DNA from: Granulicella sp.
GTDB taxonomy: Bacteria; Acidobacteriota; Terriglobia; Terriglobales; Acidobacteriaceae
Assembly: GCA_027339965.1 (NCBI GenBank)
Contig: DAHWNL010000047.1
Location: 1 to 64,000 of the forward strand
DNA length: 64,000 bases
Reading direction: 5' to 3'
Made by a program: the position numbers and the translations under genes. Of the stretch, positions 1-10,000 are shown piece after piece. The first letter of the stretch is position 1; each line of letters opens with the position of its first letter. The notes beneath the pieces were generated by a model. The model saw only the letters and a program-made list of their open reading frames with translations, was not told the DNA's origin and did not search any database.

Positions 1-191
1 GAGACTGTTTTTCCACCCTTGCCACCCACCTTGGAAATCAATGAAGCCGATTTCCACATTCCCACCGCTACCACGACCAGGAGATGAATTAATCTCTCAC
101 AACCGGCACGCTAAGAGATACGCAATCTGAGGGCAAGGTCAGTGTGGGGCACCCAGTACCCGGGACGTAAAGAATGTGATGAGTCTGAACA
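1..191. mobile_element. Probable insertion-sequence end debris: GGAAATC..GATTTCC hairpin, IS-like end at 141, REP-like GTGGGGCACCC, IS481-like end at 167-191
   Basis: The hairpin and ...GGGCAAGGTCA / GTAAAGAATGTGATGAGTCTGAACA resemble IS termini I recall from Acidobacteria. No transposase is in the window. Confidence 0.35.
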
Positions 192-237
192 AAAGTTTTG
201 TGGACAGAGGACGCCTTGCTTGAAGGCAAAGATGAGA

Positions 238-422
238 TGAGGGCGTAGGTGAGGCGGTAGCTGGTCTGGAGACGGTCCAGATCATGGATAATCTTGGCCG
301 CAAGGTCGAGTTGGTCGGGGGGCCTGGACGACCACGGCTTGCTCGTCAGGCACGAGGACCACGCGGCTATTGCGGCAGAGCGCAGTTTGCAGGACGGATT
401 CTTTCAGGAGCAATCTACTCAT
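238..422 (-). pseudogene. Frameshifted fragment of a secretin N-terminal (NolW-like) domain protein
   Basis: Hand translation gives MSRLLLKESVLQTALCRNSRVVLVPDEQAVVVQAP, then a frameshift in a C6 run, then DQLDLAAKIIHDLDRLQTSYRLTYAL. Confidence 0.4.
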
Positions 423-475
423 GGATCACGCCGAGATGAGGAATGAATCCGGCACAGGCGGGAAGGGTGGCAACG

Positions 476-1846
476 ATGAACGCGGAGGCTGGATTCACGG
501 GAGGCGCGGCGATGACTTCGGAAGAGGTGGTGCGGATGGTCCGGGAGACGAACTATGGAACCTGGAGGTTCCAGAATGGTTGGAACCCGATGCACATCGT
601 CGATGCTGAGGGGTGTTCGATCATTGACGGCGAAGGGAAAAAGTATCTAGATCTCTCCTCGCAACTGATGTGCATGAACCTGGGCCACAAGAATGCGGCG
701 GTGATTGCTTCCATCGCTAGGCAGGCGCAGGAGTTGGCCTATGCCATGCCCGGCTATGCGACGACCGCACGGGCCGAACTCAGCAAGCTGCTCCTGGAGG
801 TTTTGCCCAAAGGGCTGAATCGCTTCTTTTTTACCACCTCCGGCACAGATGCGAATGAAGCCGCGTTCAAGATCGCGCGGATGTACACCGGAAGGACCAA
901 GGTGATTGCGCGCTACCGTAGCTATCACGGGTCAACCGCGGGCAGTATTGCGGCCACCGGCGATCCACGGCGCTGGGCGATGGAGCCGCGCGGCAAAGGG
1001 CCGGGCGTGATCTTTGGTCCGGAGGTGAACTGCTTCAAGTGCCCGATGAAGCATACCTATCCGGGATGTGGCGTGGCCTGCGTGGACTATCTGGAACACA
1101 TGATTCGCAATGAGAGCGACGTGGCCGCGGTAGTGGTGGAACCGATTGTCGGAACCAATGGCGTGCTCGTGCCGCCGGAGGAGTACATGCCCAGGCTACG
1201 CAAGATATGCGATGAAACTGGGGTCCTGTTGATTGCGGACGAGGTGATGACCGGCTGGGGACGGGCTGGCGAGTGGTTCGCCATGAATCTTTGGGGGGTG
1301 ACGCCGGATATTCTGACCACAGCCAAGGGAATCACGTCAGCCTATGTTCCGCTGGGGTTATGCGCCACCCGTGAGAAGATCGCAGCCTTCTTCCAGGATC
1401 ACTACTTTGCGCATGGCCACACCTATGAGGCGCACCCGATGACGCTGGGGCCGGCGGTGGCGACGATTCAGGAGATGAAGCGGCTGAGATTGGTGGAACG
1501 CGCCAGGGATCTGGAGCCGTTTGTGGCTGAAAAGCTGCATGCGCTGAAGTCAAGGCACAAGAGCGTGGGCGAGGTGCGCGGCCGGGGATTGTTCTGGGGC
1601 GTGGATCTGGTGAAAAATCACACCACAAAGGAGCCATTCAATACGTATTCCGATAAGGTCTCCGGCAAGCCGTTGCTGGTGGATCAGATTGCCGCCAAGA
1701 CCCTGGCCGACGGCGTGATCCTTCAGGCCTGGGTGAGTCACTTTGTGATTGCGCCACCGCTGATTATTGAGAAGGAGGAGATTGAGCGCGGGATTGCGGT
1801 GCTGGATAAGTGGCTATGGATGGCCGACGAGCAGGCGGACGCATGA
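476..1846 (+). CDS. Class III PLP-dependent aminotransferase (omega-amino acid/taurine:pyruvate type)
   Basis: FFTTSGTDAN, SYHG, LIADEVMTGWGR, TAKG and HGHTY motifs. Start uncertain (443/476/512). Confidence 0.92.
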   Translation: MNAEAGFTGGAAMTSEEVVRMVRETNYGTWRFQNGWNPMHIVDAEGCSIIDGEGKKYLDLSSQLMCMNLGHKNAAVIASIARQAQELAYAMPGYATTARAELSKLLLEVLPKGLNRFFFTTSGTDANEAAFKIARMYTGRTKVIARYRSYHGSTAGSIAATGDPRRWAMEPRGKGPGVIFGPEVNCFKCPMKHTYPGCGVACVDYLEHMIRNESDVAAVVVEPIVGTNGVLVPPEEYMPRLRKICDETGVLLIADEVMTGWGRAGEWFAMNLWGVTPDILTTAKGITSAYVPLGLCATREKIAAFFQDHYFAHGHTYEAHPMTLGPAVATIQEMKRLRLVERARDLEPFVAEKLHALKSRHKSVGEVRGRGLFWGVDLVKNHTTKEPFNTYSDKVSGKPLLVDQIAAKTLADGVILQAWVSHFVIAPPLIIEKEEIERGIAVLDKWLWMADEQADA

Positions 1847-2005
1847 AGCTGGATCTCCTCGGTGAAGATGATGCCGGTTTGGGAGATGAACCGAGCAGGG
1901 CAGGCGCAGAATCAGGTTTCCGAGTTTCGATAGAGCGTTTCAGCAGTTGCCATGGCAGCTTCCTTCGCGCGCAAGGCTTGGCGCTTCGCCCGAATGAAGC
2001 CGGCT

Positions 2006-2902
2006 CTACTCTACAAGCTGGTTGCGAATGGCGAGCAGTTCGGAGTGGCGCTTGGGAGTGGTCTTGGGATAGGAGAGTTTGAGGCTCTTCAATGACTCCA
2101 GAACGATGGCGGCGATGATCAGCCGGGCATTGTCCTTGTCGTCGGCCGGAACCGCGTACCACGGCGCATGGGCTGTGCTGGTCGCGCTCAGGCAGTGTTC
2201 AAAGGCTTCGGTGTACTGGTCCCAGAACTTGCGCTCCTGAATGTCAGCCATGCTGAACTTCCAGTTCTTGGCCGGATCGTCGATGCGGGCCAGAAATCGC
2301 TGGCGCTGCTCCTCTTTGGAGAGATGAAGAAAGAACTTGAGGGTGCGGGTGCCGTTTTCATGAAGGTGGCGCTCCATATCCACGATGGAGCGATAACGGC
2401 CGGTGAAGATCTCCTTGAGTCTGTGCGGCTTGATGGCCTTGGCGGGGTCATCGGCAACGCCGCCAAGGCCCTCGTTCTTCAAAAGCTCTGGATGGACCTT
2501 CACCACCAGAACATCCTCGTAGTAGGAGCGGTTGAAGATGCCGATGCGTCCGCGCTGGGGCAGGCGCGCGTTGGTTCGCCAAAGAAAGTCATGCGAGAGC
2601 TCTTCAGCGCTGGGTTGCTTGAAGCTGGACACTTCGCAGCCCTGTGGGTTCACGCCGCTCATGACATGCCGGATGGCGCCGTCCTTGCCTGCGGCGTCCA
2701 TGCCCTGAAAGATGAGCAGAAGAGCATGGCTCCCGGCGCTATAGAGCAGTTGCTGGTGCTGGCTTAGGGCCGCAACCTGCTCCTGGAGCATGGAGTGATA
2801 CTTCTTGGGAGATTTGTAATAGGGATCGATGCGGGTGGGTAAGCGATTCAGTTTGACTGGCTTGCCAGGCCGTATGCGAAAGTCCTGCGGGTCGATCTTC
2901 AT
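2006..2902 (-). CDS. ppk2: Polyphosphate kinase 2 family (class III-like)
   Basis: Walker [26 protein letters not shown] and [10 protein letters not shown]. Confidence 0.93.
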   Translation of the reverse strand: MKIDPQDFRIRPGKPVKLNRLPTRIDPYYKSPKKYHSMLQEQVAALSQHQQLLYSAGSHALLLIFQGMDAAGKDGAIRHVMSGVNPQGCEVSSFKQPSAEELSHDFLWRTNARLPQRGRIGIFNRSYYEDVLVVKVHPELLKNEGLGGVADDPAKAIKPHRLKEIFTGRYRSIVDMERHLHENGTRTLKFFLHLSKEEQRQRFLARIDDPAKNWKFSMADIQERKFWDQYTEAFEHCLSATSTAHAPWYAVPADDKDNARLIIAAIVLESLKSLKLSYPKTTPKRHSELLAIRNQLVE

Positions 2903-3096
2903 CGTCGGGTGTACCATCCTCGGGTTCAACCGCGGAGGCCCGTGGTTCTTCCATCAGCGGGCAGCGGTTGGATTGACAGGCTCGAATGCAGTGCCTGGTG
3001 GTTAGGATGCGTCCTGGGGCCCATGGGGACAGTTGGCATCCCTGGGCCGGGCTATCCTTGAGCAAGGTTATCGCGATCTCTCCGGTGTTGCCGCTC

Positions 3097-3966
3097 TCAG
3101 GGCTTGGTAACGGCTACATCTGTGGCGGCCTCTGCGCAGCGCCTGCGCATCAGGGCGCAGGCCGCCGGGCTCTGGTCGATCAGGATGGCATGGCGGCCGT
3201 TGCGCAGCGCGGCGACGCCGGCGGTGCCGGAGCCGGCAAAGAAATCCAGCACGGTATCACCGGGGTTGCTGTGGACACGAACGATGCGTTCCAGGATTCC
3301 CAAGGGCTTTTGCGTGGGATAACCGGTCTTCTCCTTGCCGGTAGGGGAGACGATGGTGTGCCACCAGACATCGGTGGGGGTCTTGCCGCGAGCGGCCTTC
3401 TCGGCTCCCACCAGGCCGGGCGCCATGTACGGGATGCGGTCGGAGGCTTCCAGGTGGAAGGTGTAGTGGTCGGGGTCTCGTGTGTACCAGAGGATGTTGT
3501 CGTGCTTGGCGGGCCAGCGCCGGGCAGGGCGAGCGCCGTAGTCGTAGGCCCAGATGATCTCGTTCTGGAAGCACCTGCGGCCGGCGCCGCCGCGCAGAGC
3601 GAAGACTTCGTCAAGCATCACCTTGCCGTAGTGAACCTCGCGTGGGTCGAGGTGGAGAAAGAGCGACCCGGTTGGCTTGAGCACTCGGTGCGCCTGGGCC
3701 ATTCGAGGGCGAAGAAAGCCGACGTAGTCGTCAAAGATGTCGGCGTAGACCGGCTCTGCGGCCAGCTTCTCTGTGCGGTAGCGCTGCCCTCCAAAGCCGG
3801 TGCGGTCTCCGGCGTCGTCGCGGACGGTGCGTATGCGAGTACGGCTTTGCGTGACGCCGGTGTTGAAGGGCGGATCGATGTAGATGAGGTCCACGCTCGA
3901 GTCAGGCAGTCCAGCCAACGCGGTGAGATTATCTGCTTCCAGGATGGTAACGGTGGGGCTTGCCAA
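3097..3966 (-). CDS. Orphan N6A/N4C DNA methyltransferase, beta arrangement
   Basis: IDPPF catalytic motif N-terminal, then YPTQKP, then DFFAGSGT SAM motif C-terminal. Confidence 0.92.
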   Translation of the reverse strand: MASPTVTILEADNLTALAGLPDSSVDLIYIDPPFNTGVTQSRTRIRTVRDDAGDRTGFGGQRYRTEKLAAEPVYADIFDDYVGFLRPRMAQAHRVLKPTGSLFLHLDPREVHYGKVMLDEVFALRGGAGRRCFQNEIIWAYDYGARPARRWPAKHDNILWYTRDPDHYTFHLEASDRIPYMAPGLVGAEKAARGKTPTDVWWHTIVSPTGKEKTGYPTQKPLGILERIVRVHSNPGDTVLDFFAGSGTAGVAALRNGRHAILIDQSPAACALMRRRCAEAATDVAVTKP

Positions 3967-4157
3967 GGGGTGGTTCTCCGAAGGTAAGTGTAGTATCGCC
4001 GGGGTCTGAAGATCGAACGGCGTTGGAGGCGCAGATGCATCTCCGGACGTATAGTGGAGGTTGCCCTGAATCGGGTAATCTGCCGCAAAGCATTGGGTGG
4101 GTCCGGTTGACTTCTGGATCGCCAGCCCGGTCTTGCGAGGAAAGAGAGAGCTTCTGC

Positions 4158-5018
4158 ATGAGTCAACGCGAGCATCGGTTGGGAGTGGTGGGCGCGGGAA
4201 CGATGGGCAATGGAATCGCTCATGCCTGCGCGCGGGCAGGCTTTGAAGTGATGGTGCATGAGGTGAGTGAGGCTGCGCTGGAGCGCGGCCTGGCTACCAT
4301 CCGCACCAACCTGGACCGGGAGGCAGCCAAGGGCAAGATCGATCCCGCCGAGGTGCCCACAATCTTCGCCCGGATTCACCCCGTGCGCAGCGCGCAGGAT
4401 CTGAGCGCATGCACCCTGGTGGTGGAGGCGGCGACCGAGCGCCTGGAGGTCAAGCAGGCGATCTTTCGCGAACTGGATGCTGTGTTGGGGCCGGACGCCA
4501 CTCTGGCGTCGAACTCGTCGTCGATTTCCATCACCAAGCTGGCTGCGTGTACTCGACGGCCTGCGCAGGTGATCGGAATGCACTTCTTCAATCCGGTTCC
4601 CATGATGAAGTTGGTAGAGGTGATCCGCGGGTTGCAGACCTCGGATGCGACCTTTGAGGCGGTGCGGGCGCTGGCGCTGGATCTGGGCAAGACGCCGGTG
4701 GAGGTCAACGACGCTGCCGGGTTCGTCAGCAATCGGGTTCTGATGCCGCTGCTCAATGAAGCGATGTTCGCCGTGATGGAAGGCGTTGCCAAGCCGGAGG
4801 CCGTGGACGAGATCTTTCGCCTGGGCATGGCGCATCCGATGGGGCCGCTGACCCTGGCCGACTTTATTGGTCTGGATGTCTGTCTGGACATCATGCGGGT
4901 GCTGGAGGATGGGCTGGGTGATCCGAAGTACAGACCATGCCCTTTGCTGGTGCGGATGGTGGATGCAGGCTGGCTGGGACGGAAGTCGGGTCGCGGATTT
5001 TATACTTACGGCGCGTAG
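4158..5018 (+). CDS. hbd: 3-hydroxybutyryl-CoA dehydrogenase
   Basis: GAGTMGNGIA, ASNSS, GMHFFNP, HPMGPL and GRKSGRGFY. Confidence 0.93.
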   Translation: MSQREHRLGVVGAGTMGNGIAHACARAGFEVMVHEVSEAALERGLATIRTNLDREAAKGKIDPAEVPTIFARIHPVRSAQDLSACTLVVEAATERLEVKQAIFRELDAVLGPDATLASNSSSISITKLAACTRRPAQVIGMHFFNPVPMMKLVEVIRGLQTSDATFEAVRALALDLGKTPVEVNDAAGFVSNRVLMPLLNEAMFAVMEGVAKPEAVDEIFRLGMAHPMGPLTLADFIGLDVCLDIMRVLEDGLGDPKYRPCPLLVRMVDAGWLGRKSGRGFYTYGA

Positions 5019-5038
5019 AAGATAGGGGAGAGTGAGCT

Positions 5039-5515
5039 TTGCAGAATGAACTGTACTTTGAGGACTTCCATCCGGGGATGAAGATCCGCTCGCTACGCAG
5101 CTATGAGGTGACGTCGCAAGAGATCAAGCAGTTTGCAGCCAAGTACGATCCGCAACCGTTTCATCTGGATGAGGCTGCGGCAGAAAAGAGTTTTTTCAAA
5201 GGTCTGGCGGCCTCGGGATGGATGACTGCGGCGATTGCGATGCGGCTGCGTGTTGAGTCGCTTCGGGTGGCCGGTGGAATGATCGGGGCGGGCGTGGAGG
5301 AGATGCGCTTTACCCAGCCGGTACGGCCGGGAGACTTGTTGCATACGGAGACCGAGATCCTCTCCGCGCGGCGCTCAACCCACCGGCCGGAGATCAGTGT
5401 GGTGAAGTCCAGCACGGTGGTTCTGAATCAGCGCAATGAGGTGGTGATGCGCTCTGTGGTGAGCTTCATCGCGCCGGTGCGGAGCGCTGCAACGGAGAGC
5501 GGAGGGTTGGGATAA
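5039..5515 (+). CDS. MaoC-family dehydratase
   Basis: YDPQPFHLDE and GLAASGW hotdog-fold motifs. Lies immediately after hbd. Confidence 0.88.
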   Translation: MQNELYFEDFHPGMKIRSLRSYEVTSQEIKQFAAKYDPQPFHLDEAAAEKSFFKGLAASGWMTAAIAMRLRVESLRVAGGMIGAGVEEMRFTQPVRPGDLLHTETEILSARRSTHRPEISVVKSSTVVLNQRNEVVMRSVVSFIAPVRSAATESGGLG

Positions 5516-5591
5516 AGCTCGATCTCCGCGCCAAGTGCCCGCCGGGGCGCTCGGATGATTTCATCACGGGGAGGGAGAGTATTTTTAAGGG

Positions 5592-6509
5592 GTGCGGATG
5601 AGCATCCTGGCATCGGGATCCAAGGGTAATGCGACGGTGATCGCAGCGGGGTCGACGCGGCTGCTGGTGGATGCCGGAATGTCCTGCCGGGAGCTGCTGA
5701 AGCGGATGGCGCTGGTGGGCGAGGATCCTCAGTGCTTGAGCGCGATTTTGATTACCCATGAACATGTGGACCATGTCGCCGGGCTATCGGTACTGGCGCG
5801 AAGGTTGAAGATCCCGGTGTTCTTTACGGAGCCCACCTATCGCGCCTGGATGAGGATGCTGTCTCCGAGAGCTACGATGAGCTATTCGCAGTGGCTTAAA
5901 AAGGTGCAGCGCCAGAAGCAGGAGAACGCCCATCCCACGGAAGATGAGATTCAGCGTGCGGAGTTGTCCCCTTCGGGACGAGAGAGACCCGGTGCGGCCT
6001 TGCTTTCTGATGTAGAGTACTTCCTCGCTGGACAGAACTTTGCGATTGGAGAGATCGACGTAATGCCATTTACGACTCCCCATGACGCAGCCGATCCGTG
6101 CGGGTTCGTCTTCCATGCGCGCCGCGAGTCGATTCGCATGGCGATTGCAACCGACCTGGGGTATATACCAGCCAATGTGAAGATGGCGCTACGCGGCGTG
6201 GATGTGCTCCTGCTGGAGTCCAACCACGACCTGGAGATGCTCAAGGACGGACCGTACCCTTGGAGCGTCAAGCAGCGAGTGCTCAGCCGAGTGGGTCATC
6301 TGTCCAATGCGGCGGCGGCGGAGTTTCTCGAGCACGACTACGATGGCGGCGCGCATACCATCGTGCTGGGACATCTCTCCGAGCAGAACAATCTGCCGGA
6401 GTTGGCGCGGCTGGCTGCCGAGCAGGCCATTGGCCGGCGGAGCAACCTGCTGGGAAATCGCGTGTTGCTCGCCATGCAGCATCTTCCGCTGGAGCCGATT
6501 ACGCTGTAA
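5592..6509 (+). CDS. MBL-fold metallo-hydrolase (YycJ/WalJ-like)
   Basis: LASGSKGN, THEHVDH, PHDA, TDLG, ESNHD, GHLSN and GHLS. Confidence 0.9.
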   Translation: MRMSILASGSKGNATVIAAGSTRLLVDAGMSCRELLKRMALVGEDPQCLSAILITHEHVDHVAGLSVLARRLKIPVFFTEPTYRAWMRMLSPRATMSYSQWLKKVQRQKQENAHPTEDEIQRAELSPSGRERPGAALLSDVEYFLAGQNFAIGEIDVMPFTTPHDAADPCGFVFHARRESIRMAIATDLGYIPANVKMALRGVDVLLLESNHDLEMLKDGPYPWSVKQRVLSRVGHLSNAAAAEFLEHDYDGGAHTIVLGHLSEQNNLPELARLAAEQAIGRRSNLLGNRVLLAMQHLPLEPITL

Positions 6510-6798
6510 CGCACGGATGAATCATCCTGGTTGATGGTGAAGAGCCGTCGAGAGCTCCATTTTGATCAGCATGAAAGATTCCACCCGCGGGTGGCGATGG
6601 CCAGGATCCCAAGGGTTTCCAGGGTCGATCGACTCGCTCGGTGCGAGTTCCATTCGGTTGGCTCTTGTGGCCCGCCTCGGCTGTTCGCCGATGGCTTCCG
6701 AGCGGGGCGGTCTTGAATGTGTGCGACGATTGGCCACAACGTGTTGGGCTTTCAAGCGGGCAGAGAATCGACTAGGATAAAGAGAGCAACTCAGGCAC

Positions 6799-7311
6799 AT
6801 GGCTACAGAAAAAGTCCACCACGGCGAAGCAGGGAATGAGGTCTGCAATGATCCAGTGGTTGGCGCAATTCTATCGGGATGGCGTTATGACATCTCCGGT
6901 ATCTCTCCTGAGCTGCGGGTAGATTACGAGGCTCATCTTTACGGCTGCAATTACTGCCGGAAGCGCCAGAGAGTGCATCGCACCTGGGATGTCATGCTTC
7001 TGGCCATTACGACGCTCTCCTTTGCGGCGTTTCTGCTGGCGGCGCTGGTGATGCACAGGGTGGAGGCGATCAGCCACATCAGCAATGTGCAGCATCTGCA
7101 TCTGCACGACAAGAAGGCAGCCGCCTTGTTGCGCATACCAACCAGCATCTCAATCAGTCTGGAGACGCTGGCGATCATCGGCATGTTTATCTCCATGTTG
7201 CTATGGACGCTGGTAACCATCACAACTCCGATTCCAAATATGATCTCGGCACTGTTTCGCGAGCGGATCTCCCCGGAGTTGCGCGAGCGGCTTCGCAAGC
7301 AGGGTCTCTGA
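6799..7311 (+). CDS. Membrane protein with HxxxCxxC (ZAS/anti-sigma-like) zinc motif and two TM helices
   Basis: HLYGCNYC followed by two hydrophobic segments. Confidence 0.7.
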   Translation: MATEKVHHGEAGNEVCNDPVVGAILSGWRYDISGISPELRVDYEAHLYGCNYCRKRQRVHRTWDVMLLAITTLSFAAFLLAALVMHRVEAISHISNVQHLHLHDKKAAALLRIPTSISISLETLAIIGMFISMLLWTLVTITTPIPNMISALFRERISPELRERLRKQGL

Positions 7312-7422
7312 GCCATAGATTCCCCAGCGACGCGGATGATCTCCTCAAGACGGCGATGCAGGGCTCTTCTTCCGGCATCGATCACCCGCAGGGAAGGGTG
7401 AGAGGCTCGACAGGTGACTCCC

Positions 7423-8346
7423 ATGGATGAACAGATTGACGAGCTGAGAGCGCTGGAGATCGGCGATGTTCCTTGGCAGCCGGAGCCTGGGGGTGAGTCT
7501 CGGCCGCGGTCCCGGATACGCTCGGAGAGCAGGCGGCGAGTCTCCCTTTGGGCTTATCCGGCAACATATCTGTTGATGGGAATCAACATTGCCGTCTTCG
7601 CGGCGATGTTCTTCCATGGCCCCCTGCCGGCATTGATGGAACACCACGACTGGTCCGATCTGCTGACCGCTCCCTACAACGGTGCGACGCTGGAGCGTTT
7701 CGGCGGAACATCTTCCTATCTCATTCAGGAGGGCCAGTGGTGGCGTCTGGTGACCGGCGCCTTTGTCCATGTCACCGTGCTGCACCTTGCGCTGAACATG
7801 TGGTGCCTGTGGAACCTAGGACTGTTTGGCGAGCCGCTGCTGGGCAAGCGTGGCCTGGTGGCGGTTTATCTGTTGACCGGCTCCGCGGGCATGTTGTTCT
7901 CCTACGCCTGGAGCTTGCTGACAGGGCAGGGTGTGTTGGTGGTGGGGGCGTCCGGCGCGGTGTTCGGCATCGCCGGTACTCTCATCGTCCTGCTCTCCAA
8001 CCGCCGGCTGGCCGTGCCCTGGGAGGACCTGCGCAGTCTGCGCCGCCAGGTGATCTTCTTTGCGGCAGCCAATCTGGTGCTGGGTATGACGCCGCAGGTG
8101 CTGGGGATGGCGTCACGAAGCCAACTCCGGTTGCTGCATCTGGATTTGGGGATGTTGCCGCGAATCGACAACACCGCTCACCTGGGCGGCTTCTTGTGCG
8201 GGCTTCTGCTGGGATTGCCTCTGTTCCGGTACACGACCGCGGGGCGGGAGCGCTACCGGGCACGGCAGAGGACAACCTTCGGTTTCGCAACTTTTCTTCT
8301 CTGTTTGTTTGGATACGCGCTATCAAAGTTCTCCCAGGGCAGGTGA
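7423..8346 (+). CDS. Rhomboid intramembrane serine protease
   Basis: WWRLVT, HLALNM, GASG (Ser) and AHLGG (His). Confidence 0.92.
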   Translation: MDEQIDELRALEIGDVPWQPEPGGESRPRSRIRSESRRRVSLWAYPATYLLMGINIAVFAAMFFHGPLPALMEHHDWSDLLTAPYNGATLERFGGTSSYLIQEGQWWRLVTGAFVHVTVLHLALNMWCLWNLGLFGEPLLGKRGLVAVYLLTGSAGMLFSYAWSLLTGQGVLVVGASGAVFGIAGTLIVLLSNRRLAVPWEDLRSLRRQVIFFAAANLVLGMTPQVLGMASRSQLRLLHLDLGMLPRIDNTAHLGGFLCGLLLGLPLFRYTTAGRERYRARQRTTFGFATFLLCLFGYALSKFSQGR

Positions 8347-8483
8347 GTAGCAGGTTGGCTGCAGAAACGTGGGACGGTGTGGGCCGCGACACAGGAGCTG
8401 CCGGGCTTCCCTCTGTTCGTTAGCAGGGAGGCGACGGCAGCGGGGGCGGGTCAGAGGCTCGTGGACTGCCCTGATGGGGAGTG

Positions 8484-8897
8484 CTAGCTTACGCTGGATG
8501 TTGCTGTGGCGGCGAACTTGCGCACCATGGCCAGCAGAAGCTTGCGGTCACTCTCGTTCAGATTCGCGGAGTAACGCTGAATCTGAGTGAGGAAGCGAAT
8601 TTCATCTTCGCTGAGAGCGACGCCATAGGTCTCCTTGACTGGGTCTTCTGAGAAGAACTGGCTGAGCGGAAGTTCCATCGAGGCGGCGATCTTCTGCAGA
8701 GTCTCCAGAGATGGAACGGTGTGGCCATTCTCTACCCGGGAGAGATAGCAACGCAGCAAACCAGTGCGTTTTTCGATGTCACCTTGCGACATTCCGCGTT
8801 GCAGGCGAAGGTCGCGGATCGTTGCACCGATGTTGATGGGGGTCGGATCCTGACCTGCGAACTGCTCCTCGAGCGGTAATGTTTGCATATTTGCCAT
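8484..8897 (-). CDS. XRE-family HTH transcriptional regulator
   Basis: IRDLRLQRGMSQGDIEKRTGLLRCYLSRVENGHTVPSLETL. Confidence 0.9.
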   Translation of the reverse strand: MANMQTLPLEEQFAGQDPTPINIGATIRDLRLQRGMSQGDIEKRTGLLRCYLSRVENGHTVPSLETLQKIAASMELPLSQFFSEDPVKETYGVALSEDEIRFLTQIQRYSANLNESDRKLLLAMVRKFAATATSSVS

Positions 8898-9034
8898 TAG
8901 CCGTAAAATAACGATCGCAAGCGGACGTGGCAAGGGCTAAGTGCGCGATATGGCGGAACTTGTACCAACCAAGATTCGTGCTTGCCGGGGAACGCGGATC
9001 TGCTCGGTCAGAAACCGGTCTAGCCGAGGGGCCT

Positions 9035-9829
9035 CTATCCCATGTACATGCCGCCGTTTACGTCCAAGGTATGGCCGGTGATGTAAGCTGCGCTGCTGGA
9101 GCAAAGGAAGGCGACGGCCGCGGCGATATCGGCGTCGCTGCCGTAGCGTCCCAAAGGGATCTGGGCGAGGATGGAGGCCTTGTGGGCCTCAGGCAGGTCT
9201 TCGGTCATCGCGGTCTGGATGAAGCCCGGAGCGACAGCGTTCACCGTGATGCCGCGGCTGGCGAACTCGCGGGCCAACGATTTGGTGAGGCCGATCATGC
9301 CGGCTTTGGAGGCCGCATAGTTGGCCTGGCCGGCAGCACCGGTCTGGCCGACGACCGAGGAGATGTTGACGATTCGGCCCCAGCGGCCCTTCATCATGGA
9401 GGAGATCACGGCCTGGGTGAGGAGGAAGGCTCCGGTTAGGTTGGTGCGCAGGATATCTTCGAAGTCGGAGAGTTTCATGCGCAGGGTGAGGCCATCGCGG
9501 GTGATGCCGGCGTTATTGACCAGAATCTCCACCTTGCCCAGATCCGCCAGGACGGCCTTGGCGCAAGATCGGATGGACTCCTCGCTGGAGACATCCAGAC
9601 TGTAGGTGCGGGCCTGGCCGCCGATGGCGGCCACCTCAGCGGCGACAGCCTGAAGCTTCTCTTGCGAACGCGCGGCCAAAGCCACGGCGGCTCCGCAGCT
9701 GGCCAATCGCAGCGCACACGCACGGCCAATGCCCTGGCTGGCGCCGGTGATGAGGGCGATCTTTCCCTGGAGGCCATCGGCCTCGGCTTCTTTGGCGGCT
9801 GTGGCGCGGTTGAACTCCTGCTCGTTCAC
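9035..9829 (-). CDS. fabG: 3-oxoacyl-ACP reductase
   Basis: TGASQGIG, NNAGITRD, YAASK and VNGGMYM. GGAGG RBS precedes the GTG at 9829. Confidence 0.93.
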   Translation of the reverse strand: MNEQEFNRATAAKEAEADGLQGKIALITGASQGIGRACALRLASCGAAVALAARSQEKLQAVAAEVAAIGGQARTYSLDVSSEESIRSCAKAVLADLGKVEILVNNAGITRDGLTLRMKLSDFEDILRTNLTGAFLLTQAVISSMMKGRWGRIVNISSVVGQTGAAGQANYAASKAGMIGLTKSLAREFASRGITVNAVAPGFIQTAMTEDLPEAHKASILAQIPLGRYGSDADIAAAVAFLCSSSAAYITGHTLDVNGGMYMG

Positions 9830-10000
9830 GTGAACCTCCCTTTGTGCCCCCACCATTAAAGCAGAGGATAGAGGGTGGAGGGAGCAGGTGCGGAGAAGAT
9901 ATGCGGAGCCGAAGGGCGGCCGCGCAAGTTGGGATGAACCCGCCTGCCGCGCGATCGTTGAGGACACAACCACCTCCAGCGCGGTATGCTTGTGCGAGCA

